A DNA stretch of 64,000 bases from Candidatus Bathyarchaeota archaeon (GCA_963775465.1 CAVZIW010000001.1:160001-224000); one strand, 5' to 3'. Shown: positions 49,240 to 60,457, counted from the first letter of the stretch. The notes: generated by a model from the letters alone, not told the origin. Program-made: numbers and translations.

Positions 49240-49812
49240 TCAGTAGTTTTCTGTCCAGACTTCAAAGAACGCCTTGGGATGATCGCAGGTCGGGCACTTA
49301 TCGGGAGCCATCGTTCCCTCGATGACTAAGCCACAGTTTCGGCACTTCCATTTAATCGGTGCATCTTTAACAAACACATTTCCGTTCTGCACACCTTCAG
49401 CTAGCTTATTGTAACGACGTTCATGATAAGCCTCCACTTTCGCAACACTACGAAAAGTGTACGCCACATCTTTAAAGCCTTCCTTCTCAGCGATATCACC
49501 AAAATTTGGATAAATTGAACCCCATTCAGCTTTTTCGCCTGCTGCGGCAGCTTTAAGATTATCAAGGGTTGATGCCATAACACCAGCTGGATAAGAGGAT
49601 TTAATCTCAACCATGCCACCTTTGAGGTGCTTGAAAAAAAGCTCTGCATGCTCCTTCTCGTTGGCGGCTGTTTCTTCAAATATTGCTCCAATCTGCTGGT
49701 ATCCTTCTTTTTTAGCTATGCTAGCAAAGAAGGTGTATCGGTTTCGCGCTTGGGATTCACCGGCAAACGCAGCTAAAAGGTTTTTTTCAGTTTGACTTCC
49801 AACAAAATCCAT
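49240..49812 (-). CDS. rbr: Rubrerythrin
   Basis: AFAGESQARNRY, E.EH, E.YH, CRNC...CPTC. Confidence 0.95.
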   Translation of the reverse strand: MDFVGSQTEKNLLAAFAGESQARNRYTFFASIAKKEGYQQIGAIFEETAANEKEHAELFFKHLKGGMVEIKSSYPAGVMASTLDNLKAAAAGEKAEWGSIYPNFGDIAEKEGFKDVAYTFRSVAKVEAYHERRYNKLAEGVQNGNVFVKDAPIKWKCRNCGLVIEGTMAPDKCPTCDHPKAFFEVWTENY

Positions 49813-49924
49813 AGTCTTTCAGACTCCACTTCAGCTAGTCTAAATCCAAAAATAAAAGCATTCCCCGTAAACACAGGGAAAAATCATGTTAAGACTTTTA
49901 TCTTCAACCGCAATTGTATTGGAT

Positions 49925-49989
49925 GCCGGATGATGAGAAGGCATTAGCTTGACACTTGTTGGATGAAGGATCAGAGTTACTCAGACGGC
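49925..49989 (+). ncRNA. Box C/D sRNA
   Basis: Terminal stem GCCG/CGGC; box C ATGATGA, D' TTGA, C' GGATGA, D CAGA; guides GAAGGCATTAGC and AGGATCAGAGTTACT; TATA-like CTTTTAT upstream. Confidence 0.75.
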
Positions 49990-50176
49990 AAATACAAATA
50001 AAAGTTATGATTAACCACGCGCTAAATCAAATTTGAGACATGAAACAGAGCTACTCTGAATCATTTTTAGCTAAAATAAGAAAAACCTCTAATCTTAATC
50101 GCTAACATTTTTCCAAATAATAAGAAACGGACATCTAAGACTTAAATGATAATTAGTTTTAGTCTTGTTTATTTAA

Positions 50177-50662
50177 TTAGTTGGTTGATATATCAAGTTC
50201 CTGTTCGATTTCTCTGCATGCGCTTTGGAGGGCTGAGATTTCACTGCGCAGTTCTTCAATAGATTTTCTCTTTCTATGAATTTCCAGGTTTAATTTAACT
50301 ATGAGATGATTCTCTGTTGCAAGAAACTCCTGTTTGCAATCGATTAGTTCGGACTCTTCTTTCTTTAGTTTTTCATAAAACTCTAAAAGTTTTGAAGTAT
50401 CAGAAGAACCTACTAACTCACTGGAGTTAAACTGCTCTTTTTGATCAATAGCTTGATCTGTCGCTTGGCTATCTGGTTCTTTAGTCTCGTCAAATTCTTC
50501 ATGCATTTTATTTAATTGTTCGAAAAGAGAGTCTTTATCTTGAAGCTCAGAAACTAAGATAGCTTTTTCTGAAATACTAAAAGTATTGTTTTGTTCTTTC
50601 TTTTTTTCTTTGTAGTCTTCACTTATTATGTGAAGTTGGATATTCTCATTTTGTTTCTTCAT
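50177..50662 (-). CDS. Coiled-coil hypothetical protein
   Basis: E/K-rich heptads; C-terminus similar to neighbour (LK.EE.EL...E..L...EI..K......L.SEI..LQ..C.E.EQ.L.I). Confidence 0.65.
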   Translation of the reverse strand: MKKQNENIQLHIISEDYKEKKKEQNNTFSISEKAILVSELQDKDSLFEQLNKMHEEFDETKEPDSQATDQAIDQKEQFNSSELVGSSDTSKLLEFYEKLKKEESELIDCKQEFLATENHLIVKLNLEIHRKRKSIEELRSEISALQSACREIEQELDISTN

Positions 50663-50709
50663 TTTGGGTCCCGAAATTAATTTTCAATGATTTGTGATGT
50701 GTATTAATT

Positions 50710-51012
50710 TTACTCGTAGACTGGTATCCCCAGTGCCTGTTCAAGTTCGCTGCATTTTTTCTGCAGGTATGTGATCTCTGACTTCAATCCGGCGAGCCTT
50801 TTGTGTTTTTCCTCAATTTCTATCATTGCTTGGTTTCGAAGTTCGTTCTCTGTTTCCTGCAATTTTTTTCTTTGAGTAAGCAATTCTTGTTCTTCTATTT
50901 TTATATTTTTTAATGTGGCTATAATTTCTGAAACTTTAATTTCGCTTGTTTGATATGCTTGAGTTGTTTCGTTTGATTCTAATTCTGGGTCTTTTGAAAC
51001 GATTTCTTGCAT
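50710..51012 (-). CDS. Coiled-coil hypothetical protein (paralog of 50177-50662 C-terminus)
   Basis: Shared heptad motif ending LQKKCSELEQALGI. Confidence 0.65.
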   Translation of the reverse strand: MQEIVSKDPELESNETTQAYQTSEIKVSEIIATLKNIKIEEQELLTQRKKLQETENELRNQAMIEIEEKHKRLAGLKSEITYLQKKCSELEQALGIPVYE

Positions 51013-51249
51013 TCAAACATCTCATGTATATTAATACTTAATACAGTGTGTATATAAAGCTTATTTCTTAGAAATAACACCCCAAAAAATCGCAACAAAA
51101 AAAGCACTTAATGCCCTCAACACAGACTCATCGACGAACCCCCTTAGGCAATACTACTGACTCATTAAAAGTTTAAAAAAGGCAAACGAACGCTCACAAT
51201 TCACATTGCTAATTAGAAAAAATAAAAAAGAAGGGATATTGAACCTATT

Positions 51250-54008
51250 TTATGGACGTTTTCTAAGCAGTAGCAACCCCACTACAGCTATTGCGATTAT
51301 TATGGCAATTGCTGCTGTTACTGTGTAGGTCATTAAGTCTGCTGTTGTTGCTAGGTTTGTCTGGGTAGCAGGTGTTGGCGCCGGAGTAATAATGGCAGGG
51401 TCCACTTTAAAGGCGGTCACTGAATGTGACGGCCAGTAAGATTCAGAACCGCTAAAGGCTGCATATACAGTGTACTTACCTTCTATGTCAGGCATCCAAT
51501 CATAGCTAAAGAAACCGTCAGCATTGCTAGTTGTTGTTCCGATTTCACGGTAGTTGCCATTAGCATCAACAACGCTAAGTATAACGTCAACGCCTGTTGT
51601 GTTGTTTGGTTTTCCTTTCTGCATGTAGACATATTCCATGTACTGCGATTGACTATCATCAGAGACTGCGGCAACACCGTATGGGAATCGCGCATCCTGT
51701 TCATTTTGCAATGTGCCTGCAGAAATGTCCATAACTGTTCCTTCAATGAGTACGCTGCTGCCCAATGCTGAGACTTTGGGCGAAGCTGTAACAGTTGTAG
51801 AGCTTGGACCTTTGCCTATAGCGTAGATTTGTGCATCATAGTTGTTCCAGTAGATCAAAACGCCATCAGCAGTAGCAAAGGTTTCAGGATAAGCCCATCC
51901 TGTCATTGTCCATACTTCGTCACCTGTAGTAGCATTGAGGCATCTAACGCGTTCACCTTTATACAAAGGTGTATCAGCAGAGTGTTCATGAGTTCCGACG
52001 TAGACCTTGCCATCGCAAATAAGGCCTTCCATCAAGACATAGTTTAGAATCTTTTCGCCTCCAGAGGGAGCTGCATATCGCCATTGGAGTTCGCCAGTCG
52101 TCAAATTGTAGGCAGAAATCATTCCAGTGTAACCACCAGTGTACAGCATACCATAAGCAAGCTTGGTCTGAGTCACAGAAATTAGGCTTGGCCACGTAAA
52201 GTATCCGTAGGGTTAATGTCTGCTTGAGCGTCTGTTGAGAACAATTCGTTGCCGGTGCTCATGTCGTAAACGTGGAATTTGCAGATTGGAACTTCCAAAG
52301 CTACAAAGACATTTTCATCTACTGATGCATGTTCATAGATGTAATTGGTGTTTTCTTGTGCATTGTCGATGTCGAGGTTCTTCATGTAAATTAAGTGACC
52401 TAAGCTTTCTGGTTTTAAGCTGATTGCCCAAATAGTTGTTTCATCTGGGAATGCATATGACGGGCTACCTGAACCCATTGGCCAAGAACCATTGCTTCCC
52501 CAGAGCATTTCACCTACTTTTGCTGCTCTTATGGTTGGTGTTGAACTGAATTGAATTGGAGAGGAAATATTCCAGTCGTAGCGTGAAGGTAAACCAGCAT
52601 CTATAGTTTGAACACGTGGATCAGCCGCTGCAGATATCATTGGAATGACTCTCGAAGAGTTCCATTGAGCCAGATAGTAGGATGGGTTTGAAGAACTACC
52701 TGTATTAGTAAAGACCAAACGTAGGTTTTCACCTGCGGGACCGGGTATTTCAAATGCACCCGAGGAGGGAACATTTGTGATAGTCCAAGGCGAAGCGATG
52801 CCGCGTTCGGGTTGAATAGCCTTTTGGTAATTATAGGTGAATATCCATCCAGGGTTTTGAATGCCGTGTTCATTCGGATCATCTTGACTGTAATAGTAAC
52901 CAAACCAATAGTTCGTTGGCGAACTCATTATAGAGTACATCCAATTCTGAAATTGTGCACCAACTATCGCAGTAGTGTTAACTTCGTAAAGCAGTTCACC
53001 AGTCTTCAAGTCAACGCAATCCATGAAATCACTTGCACCTAAAGTGAAAACATTTGGCGAATAGTAAAGTCGGCCGTACATAATGATCTGGTTCATGAAT
53101 CGTGGTTGATACTGTGAACCTGCATTGAAAGTATTACCAGCACGCGAAAGGTCTGATCCGCCAACAACTCCATTGTCCTCCGTTGGTCTTGTCCACAGAA
53201 TATGTGGACTGTTAGGTGCAATTCCGTCAGCTTGGTAGCGGTTCTCAATCCCACCGTTGTCACGATCATGAGAGTTACCTAGCCAGTTTGATGAAATTTG
53301 GTACCAGTCGGTGTTTTGGCCGTCAATTGGTCGCGTCCAGTACTCAGTCGGTAAAGCCTGAATATTGGGCAATCCGATCAGAGAAGTGGGCTCTTGCTGC
53401 ACATTAACTGTTGACGTGAAACTACTTTCAAGGAAAGTTGTTCCGTAGTAGTCGTTGCTGCCACCAGTTGATGAGTTCCAGTGATAGTATAACTCAAAGA
53501 AAGTGACTGTTAAAGAGTAGTTTCCTGTCTGGTCTGGTGTGTATGCAGTGTAAGCTGAACCTGTTGAGTCAGAAACGAATTTGCCATCTACAACTCCGCC
53601 TGTTGAAATGCTTCCCCCGCTTGAACCTGATGCGGGAAGTGTCTCTGTAGACCCATCTGGCTTTACAATGTCGAGTTTGAAGTAGTATCGTATATCATTG
53701 CCTAAAGATGCACTAGGAGGCACCTGTGGGTTGAACATAACAACGTTGAATTGTTGACCAATACCTACAGGGTTTGGTGCAACCATGATGTAGACATGTG
53801 TTGGAATGTTATCTTGGAATCTGTTCCAAAGAAGCAGTCGAGTAGCGGAAGCATCTGGGGTCATTCCGGTCCAATTCATTCCTTGATCGATGGCTGTTTG
53901 AGTGGCTGTATTGTATGCGTCGGTAGTTTCTAAAGCGCTGAGAGATATTGTCATTGATACTGCAAGAATTACGCAAATTATTATTGAAAGAGTTTTGTTT
54001 TTTTGCAT
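51250..54008 (-). pseudogene. Secreted PQQ-like beta-propeller surface protein, split by a 1-bp frameshift
   Basis: Both ORFs (52182-54008 and 51250-52176) align with the 31297-33882 paralog; adding one base at 52210-52212 gives ADINPYGYFTWPSLISVTQTK. Confidence 0.8.
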
Positions 54009-54305
54009 ATTTTTTATTTTCTCCAAATTTTAATGGTGCGCCTATAATGCGCATAGCTCCGATTATTTTAGCAATGTGTATTTTAAATTTTGGTAAAAAT
54101 TGGCTTAGACACAAATAAATAATCTCTTAAAAGAAGGATTCAAGGCAGGATATAAAACACTTCAAATCTAGTGCTTTCATGCAACCAGAATTACTCAGTC
54201 AACGCTTATGACCTTAGGGTCCCTTGTTGAGTTGATGTTAGTTATAGCAAGTCTTAAAAAGACAGGTAACATTCATCTTACTCTATTCGTGAGGAAGAAA
54301 AAGCT

Positions 54306-55919
54306 TTGGCAACAGGTTTGGGCAAAAGAATTGTTCTCACAGCTTCCGCCACCGAAATGAGCGATTTTCTCAACAACCCTTTCATGGCATTCGTAGGCGG
54401 TTTTGGCAAAGGACCAATCCCACTATCATATGCACGGAGAACCCTCTACCCACATATGGGTTCCAAGACCGATGGCCAAGCAAACTATGCGCCCTATGGA
54501 CTGCGAAAGGTAGAAGCAATCCTTCTAGAAGGCGGATTTTCATCTCAAGATATTGCAGTAGTTCACCCTCTAGACTTAGACAGATTCATCGGACCAGAAA
54601 CAAAAGTAGTCGGCATATCCTCAATGGATCCCACAGGCATGGGATACGTTAGCAAAACATACTCTAACATTGTAGGCGGAGGCGAACCTATGAACGCCAT
54701 AGAATTCCGCAAACTCGTCATGCACCCCAGCATAAAAAAATATAAGCCAAAAATTATAGTGGGCGGTTTTGGTTCATGGCAGCTTGAACGAAAACACGTA
54801 GCTGACAGCTATGGCGTAGATTGTGTTCTCATCGGGGGTAGACCAGGACCAATTGTTGAGTTATTCAAAAAAGCAGTAAACGACGAACCGATACCCCGCA
54901 TAGCCAAAGCTGACGAATCGCTAAATAACTGGAACTACAACGCTGAAATGCCACTGACCAAGAACGTAGCTATCCATGGCGCGGTTGAAATCTCAAAAGG
55001 ATGTGGACGCAACTGCCAATTTTGCACTCCAACCATGCAAAACAAGATTGACGTGCCAGTAGAAAAAATAATGAAAGAAGTTGCGTTGAGCACAGCACAA
55101 GGCAGCGATCATGTAACCCTGATCACAGAGGACCTGTTCTTGTATGGTGCATCAGACAAAAAATTTATCCCTAACCGAGAAGCCGTTGTCAATCTAGTTA
55201 AGAGCGTGGCGGATCATCCAGGTGTTAAAAGCATTCAAGCATCACATATTTCTCTAGCCCCTGTTTGGCATGACCCCTTAATGATTAAACAACTTGCAGA
55301 AGTTCTCATTGAAAAAAGCTGGTATTCATTCGGCAAAAAACCAATTATAACCGCTGAGACAGGCATCGAAACTGGAAGCCCACGCTTAATGAGAAAGTAC
55401 ATGGGCGGAAAAATGCTTCCATTTAAACCTGAACAATGGCAAGACGTCGTTACAAACGCCTTTGGCATATTAAACGATAACGATTGGTACCCTCTTGCAA
55501 CATTGATCATTGGATTACCAGACGAAAAAGAAGAAGACATGATACAAACCCTTGAGCTAATGGACAAACTCAAAGACTACAACGCATTCTACGTGCCACT
55601 GTTCTTTGTGCCTCTAGAAAACTGCGTTCTAATGAATAAGAAAGGCGCCGAAATGGATTCACTATCCAAAGCAAGATGGGACTTCTTTATCAGATGCTGG
55701 GAATACAACATTAAAATCTGGAAACCAACTTTCCTAGAAAACCGCCTCAATAACCCATTACTCTACAAAACCTTCGACCAGGTGCTAATTCCATACTTTG
55801 GCAAAATCGCAGGTTTCTACTATGGCTTAACCAGAGGGCAACAATTAAAACAAGCATTTTGGACCCTAAGCATGCCACAACAAATCAATAGAAAAGTAAA
55901 AAACAAAATAAATATTTAG
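54306..55919 (+). CDS. B12-binding-domain-type radical SAM protein
   Basis: APYGLRKVEA, VGISSMDP, EISKGCGRNCQFC, GIETGS, IIGLP.E. Confidence 0.85.
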   Translation: MATGLGKRIVLTASATEMSDFLNNPFMAFVGGFGKGPIPLSYARRTLYPHMGSKTDGQANYAPYGLRKVEAILLEGGFSSQDIAVVHPLDLDRFIGPETKVVGISSMDPTGMGYVSKTYSNIVGGGEPMNAIEFRKLVMHPSIKKYKPKIIVGGFGSWQLERKHVADSYGVDCVLIGGRPGPIVELFKKAVNDEPIPRIAKADESLNNWNYNAEMPLTKNVAIHGAVEISKGCGRNCQFCTPTMQNKIDVPVEKIMKEVALSTAQGSDHVTLITEDLFLYGASDKKFIPNREAVVNLVKSVADHPGVKSIQASHISLAPVWHDPLMIKQLAEVLIEKSWYSFGKKPIITAETGIETGSPRLMRKYMGGKMLPFKPEQWQDVVTNAFGILNDNDWYPLATLIIGLPDEKEEDMIQTLELMDKLKDYNAFYVPLFFVPLENCVLMNKKGAEMDSLSKARWDFFIRCWEYNIKIWKPTFLENRLNNPLLYKTFDQVLIPYFGKIAGFYYGLTRGQQLKQAFWTLSMPQQINRKVKNKINI

Positions 55920-55939
55920 ACAAGCTCTTCTGCCGCTGA

Positions 55940-56836
55940 CTATTCCCTCTTTTCTTCTTCTAACACAACTTCTTCGGGAATTGTTTCTTGCGTTTGAGAG
56001 GTTTGAGGAATTGCTGGTTTAATGACTTTTCTTGCATGAGTAATGTAACCCGTGTGTCCTGTCATCATTGTGTTGGGTCGAGTTTTTCCACGTTCTACCT
56101 GCATTGTCCGCATCAAGCACTCGACAGTCTCGATAAACACAAAGCCGTTTTCACGAAGCGCTTCAGTGGTTCTCACAACTTGGTCTATTGTCGGGCTAAA
56201 TGACACAATTACACCTGAGGGTTTAAGGGCAGCATAAGCATGTGGAACGACAAGCCAGGGAACAGCAAGATCCAATATTACCGCGTCAACATCGCGTTCA
56301 TCATATCCCGTTAACGTAACATCGCCACTTTTCATTTCAACGTTGTCGATTAGTTTTGAGCGTTGAAGATTTTTAGCAGCGTTCTTTTGGAATTCACTAC
56401 GTAACTCGTAAGTGTAGACTTTTCCGGTTGAACCAACATAATGAGCCAACGCTGTAGTCAAAGACCCTGTTCCAGTACCCGACTCTACAACTCGGCTTCC
56501 AGGACCTATCCCGCTAAAAATTACGATTAATGCGGCATCTTTGGGATAAATAATCTGAGTGTTACGACTGGATTTCATAATATAATCTGTTAGTTTTGGT
56601 TTTAATGTGGTAAAGTAGATGCCCATGCTGCTTTTGATTGGTTCACCGTATTCTTTTCCTATGAGTTCATCTAGTTTTAGGTAGCCTTTGTGAGTGTGAA
56701 ATGTTTGTCCGGCTTGAAGTTTTATCATGTAGGTGCGGCGAGCATCAAGGTAAATAAGGACGTTATCGCCGTCTTGGATTTTCTCGTTAACCAACTTAGG
56801 TTCCTCTTGCGGAAAAGGAAATGCATCTAGTTCCAT
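55940..56836 (-). CDS. trmI: tRNA (adenine-N1)-methyltransferase
   Basis: TQIIYPKD, ESGTGTGSLT, YELR, LDL..PW, GHTGY. Confidence 0.93.
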   Translation of the reverse strand: MELDAFPFPQEEPKLVNEKIQDGDNVLIYLDARRTYMIKLQAGQTFHTHKGYLKLDELIGKEYGEPIKSSMGIYFTTLKPKLTDYIMKSSRNTQIIYPKDAALIVIFSGIGPGSRVVESGTGTGSLTTALAHYVGSTGKVYTYELRSEFQKNAAKNLQRSKLIDNVEMKSGDVTLTGYDERDVDAVILDLAVPWLVVPHAYAALKPSGVIVSFSPTIDQVVRTTEALRENGFVFIETVECLMRTMQVERGKTRPNTMMTGHTGYITHARKVIKPAIPQTSQTQETIPEEVVLEEEKRE

Positions 56837-56983
56837 TTAAGCTTTGAACTAATCTATATACCAATGGAGCGCAGGCGAAAATACACCGTTTATTGCATTT
56901 AAAAGTCTATTGTTAACGAAAAAACAGCTACGCTAAAAAGATTGTAGGTAAGTTGCTTTCTATCCGTTACTCTTTGAGTTATT

Positions 56984-57484
56984 TTAGTAAAGTGAAGCTA
57001 CAACAGCTGTTACAGTTCCCTGAATGTGTGGAACAGTTTCTTGTATTTGCGAAACAAGTCTTTTTAGATCCAATTTTCCATTTGCTTTAACCGCAGCTAT
57101 CGCATCAAACGGTCCCAAAACTGTATCCACAGATAAGACTTCTGGAATCGCTTGAAGCTTTTCTTGAACTAATTCTATGTATCGTGGTTGCGTGTTGAGA
57201 AATAGAAACGCATAGGGTTCTTCAACATATTGATTTCCTTCAGAGAGAACTATAAGAGTTTGAGTTCTAAGGATTAATGATTCCTGCGCAGTTATGTTTT
57301 TGATTGGGTTGAACCATTTGTTTACAAACTCGTCAAGGGTCTTTAGGCCTCGAATCTGAATTAAGATATCTACGGGACCGAAAAGCAGAAAAATGTCTTT
57401 CTTTGAAAGGTTGAGTTTTATTAGTTCGTCTATGACTTGGTTGAAAGCACCTACTTTGCAGGACAAACCTATATATGCTTTCAT
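56984..57484 (-). CDS. Tandem Lrp/AsnC ligand-binding-domain protein
   Basis: Two repeats containing FGPVDI and LGPFDAI. Confidence 0.78.
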   Translation of the reverse strand: MKAYIGLSCKVGAFNQVIDELIKLNLSKKDIFLLFGPVDILIQIRGLKTLDEFVNKWFNPIKNITAQESLILRTQTLIVLSEGNQYVEEPYAFLFLNTQPRYIELVQEKLQAIPEVLSVDTVLGPFDAIAAVKANGKLDLKRLVSQIQETVPHIQGTVTAVVASLY

Positions 57485-57730
57485 AATGCATCAAGAACTA
57501 ATTGTATTTCTGTTTGATAAATATAGCGCGCACTAAGACTATTAACAAACTGAACATTAAATTATGCTTCAACTGGAGAAAATGGCAAAAAATGAGAATA
57601 AAATTTAAGAATAATAACAACTTTATATATTATTGAAGGAAGAATTCAGGACCTTCATACAAGCTATTCCTTAATTATTGTCCTGTTTGTTGCAAAAGTT
57701 GTTCGTACATCCTGAAAGGAAGTATTAAAC

Positions 57731-58957
57731 ATGAAAAAAAATACATACCAAGATGACCGTATCGCTACTCTCGAACAGCTTAAAGCATATCTTGATATCT
57801 CACCCCAAATTGAGAAGAAGCTACAAAGAGTCTTACAGGCTCACCCCATGCTAATTACGCCTCACTACGCATCCTTGATTGATTGGACAGATCCCAATGA
57901 TCCAATAATGAAAATGGCTGTTCCTTCATGCGAAGAACTTAACCTTGAAGGCAGCTATGATACCAGTGGCGAAGCTGAAAACACAAAGCTCCCAGGTCTC
58001 CAACATAAATATTCTGAAACTGCATTAGTTTTAGTCACAAATACATGTGCAACATACTGCAGGCATTGTTTTAGAAAACGTCTTGTTGGGCTTCCCACCG
58101 AAGAAACATTAAAACGCATGGATGACGCAACGGAATACATAAAAGAACATCCTGAAATAAACAATGTTCTTGTTAGCGGCGGCGACCCCTTTACCCTCTG
58201 CAACAAATCAATTGAAAGAATTTTAGACCATCTAACGAGAATACCTCATGTAAAATTCATAAGATTCGGTACCAGAGTACCCGTAACCTACCCAAACAGA
58301 CTTGACGATAACGAACTCTTGGGAATCTTTAAAAGATACTCAACTAATAAAAAACGATTGCAGGTTGTAACTCAGTTTAACCACCCGAAAGAGATATGTC
58401 CCAAATCTATCAAAGCAGTCAGCGATCTTATTGATGCCGGTGCATTGCTAAACAATCAAACAGTTCTGCTTAGAGGAGTCAACGATAGACCCGACGTACT
58501 TGCCAGCTTAATGAACGGATTGGTGAGTATTGGGGTTTCGCCATACTATGTTTTTCAATGTCGCCCACTCGCCAGAGTTAAGAATCATTTTCAGGTTCCA
58601 TTATTCAAAGGTCTTAAAATAGTCGAGAACGCAAAAGCGCAATGTAATGGTCTTAGTAAACGTTTCAAGTATGTTATGTCACATGTTACAGGCAAGATCG
58701 AGATTTTGGGTATAATGGATGGGGAAATATACTTCAAGTATCATGAAGCAAAGGAAAGAAAAAATTTAGGTGTGATGTTTAAGCATCCGATAAATAAATC
58801 GTCAGGATGGCTAGATGATTTCAATCCATTTGAAATACAAACCAACATAGAACCTAAGATTGGTAACACATCAAATAGTGAAGTAATAAAATTGGAAATC
58901 CAAGAAAACAAGCGAGTTAAAAAAACAGACAATAGACTCAGATTTGCTGCTTACTGA
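57731..58957 (+). CDS. KamA-family radical SAM aminomutase-like protein
   Basis: GLQHKY, CATYCRHCFRKR, SGGDP, QFNHP.E, NQTVLLRGVND, PYYVFQ, GKIEI. Confidence 0.9.
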   Translation: MKKNTYQDDRIATLEQLKAYLDISPQIEKKLQRVLQAHPMLITPHYASLIDWTDPNDPIMKMAVPSCEELNLEGSYDTSGEAENTKLPGLQHKYSETALVLVTNTCATYCRHCFRKRLVGLPTEETLKRMDDATEYIKEHPEINNVLVSGGDPFTLCNKSIERILDHLTRIPHVKFIRFGTRVPVTYPNRLDDNELLGIFKRYSTNKKRLQVVTQFNHPKEICPKSIKAVSDLIDAGALLNNQTVLLRGVNDRPDVLASLMNGLVSIGVSPYYVFQCRPLARVKNHFQVPLFKGLKIVENAKAQCNGLSKRFKYVMSHVTGKIEILGIMDGEIYFKYHEAKERKNLGVMFKHPINKSSGWLDDFNPFEIQTNIEPKIGNTSNSEVIKLEIQENKRVKKTDNRLRFAAY

Positions 58958-59380
58958 ATAACGTGCCCCAACGACATGGAAGAATTTCTACAATATCTCC
59001 ATCTATCATTAATTGGATAGTTTATCCTAAGAGCACTATTTGCCTCAAACTGCCCTATCTAGCTTTTTGCCGCAAAAAGAACAAACAAAAACAAGGCGCA
59101 AAAACGATTTTTTAGGTTAGATTAACATTTTATTTCATCTAAATGTAAAAATTCGCTTCTGAATAGCCTTCCCTAGTAGGCTTAAAAACTTGGTATTTTT
59201 CTTACAAAACACTCGCAATAACCTCACTGCAATCAAAACGTTTTGTTGCGCCTCAGAATATTATAATTTTAAAAGCCAAATTTGGAAGTTTACCATCTCC
59301 CAAGTCCAAACGTGCAATTATCATCATTGGCAACAACATAAAACTCTCAAACTTAGCTACAACTCATAAAATTAAGTTAT

Positions 59381-59701
59381 TTAACTGCGATACTTAACTA
59401 ATTTGGACTCTTTTTCCCAAAATAAAGGGTCATTAACCAAAATAACCTGTACTTCAACCACATTACGGGGATTTGTAAGCACAGCCCGAAGTTTTTTAGA
59501 CAAACCAGGCTTTCCTAAAAGCGCCATCCTAGATTGTTCAAGCTGTTGAGCAATTCTTTCTGTTTTTTTGTTCGCGTAGCTGCGGTACCATACACTTTTG
59601 CCTTCCCTGATTGCTTGATCGAATGCTTCTTTTGTAGACTGGATTAGTTTGTCGCCTTCTTTTATGAACCAGAAAGGAGCATGTTTAGACATAATAATCA
59701 A
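59381..59701 (-). CDS. Hypothetical protein
   Basis: About 103-106 aa ORF, no recognised motif. Confidence 0.55.
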   Translation of the reverse strand: MIIMSKHAPFWFIKEGDKLIQSTKEAFDQAIREGKSVWYRSYANKKTERIAQQLEQSRMALLGKPGLSKKLRAVLTNPRNVVEVQVILVNDPLFWEKESKLVKYRS

Positions 59702-59937
59702 AGGTATAACCCAAAGTGATTTTAATTAACATTCTCCATTCAGCTAACAAATCAGTTTCAGTAATAATTTAGTGATTAAGAGACCATTTTCCTAAGCCAT
59801 CCACTGGCGCATAAAATTAAATCGCTGTCTTTGAGGAGCTAAATAATCTACAAACTCTTAAAAAATGTTTAAATCGATTTACGGGAAAAATGAATTAGAA
59901 AAATAGAAAAGGCGAGTTAGCAAGACATCAGATTTGC

Positions 59938-60030
59938 TTAACTAGTTTGAGTTTTGCTCTTCTTTTCCTTTTTTGCCTTGCGTTTCTCGTCTCGCTCTTT
60001 CTTAGTTAATGGCTTTTCTTTTTTTGGCAT
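59938..60030 (-). CDS. Very small Lys-rich protein (30 aa)
   Basis: MPKKEKPLTKKERDEKRKAKKEKKSKTQTS; GGAG SD and TTTATA promoter-like sequence upstream. Confidence 0.5.
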   Translation of the reverse strand: MPKKEKPLTKKERDEKRKAKKEKKSKTQTS

Positions 60031-60109
60031 TTTCTAATGTTCTCCGAATTTAAATCTATAACACATTGGGCTATAAAGCCTTTCGAAAGATGCAACTAAC
60101 CAATCGATT

Positions 60110-60457
60110 CTAAGTGTATTCTCTAAAGGTGTGACCACATTTTGTGCAGCGCATAAACTGAGTTGACGCCTCATCGCCGCCCCGAGTCTGAACTTGCCAA
60201 ACGTAAACTTCGTTATTCTCGCATTTTTCGCATTTCATTTTTATGGTAGCCATAGTGCTTATTTTCTGATCTTCCTCACTAATTATGGTCATAAAGGGTT
60301 TAGGTTTGGGCTTGAGAACTGCCCCGGTGCGGGCTTCCGCCTTTTTATCGTCAGGTTGTTTAGTGAAGTTGCATTTTGCGCAGCAGAGAACAAATGAGTT
60401 GCCCTCACCAGTTTTTTTGGGTTCAAGACGGCAACCGCACGTTGGACAAAATTCCAT
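60110..60457 (-). CDS. tfs: Transcription factor S (TFS/RpoM)
   Basis: MEFCPTC...CAKC; CEKC...QTRGGDE..T.F.RCTKCGH.FRE. Confidence 0.92.
   Translation of the reverse strand: MEFCPTCGCRLEPKKTGEGNSFVLCCAKCNFTKQPDDKKAEARTGAVLKPKPKPFMTIISEEDQKISTMATIKMKCEKCENNEVYVWQVQTRGGDEASTQFMRCTKCGHTFREYT

Noticed and set aside
57634-57716. Riboswitch-like alternative pairings upstream of kamA (TGAAGG/CCTTCA, TTCAGGA/TCCTGAA)
   Set aside because: Stems are only 6-7 bp and the first probably lies upstream of the transcription start
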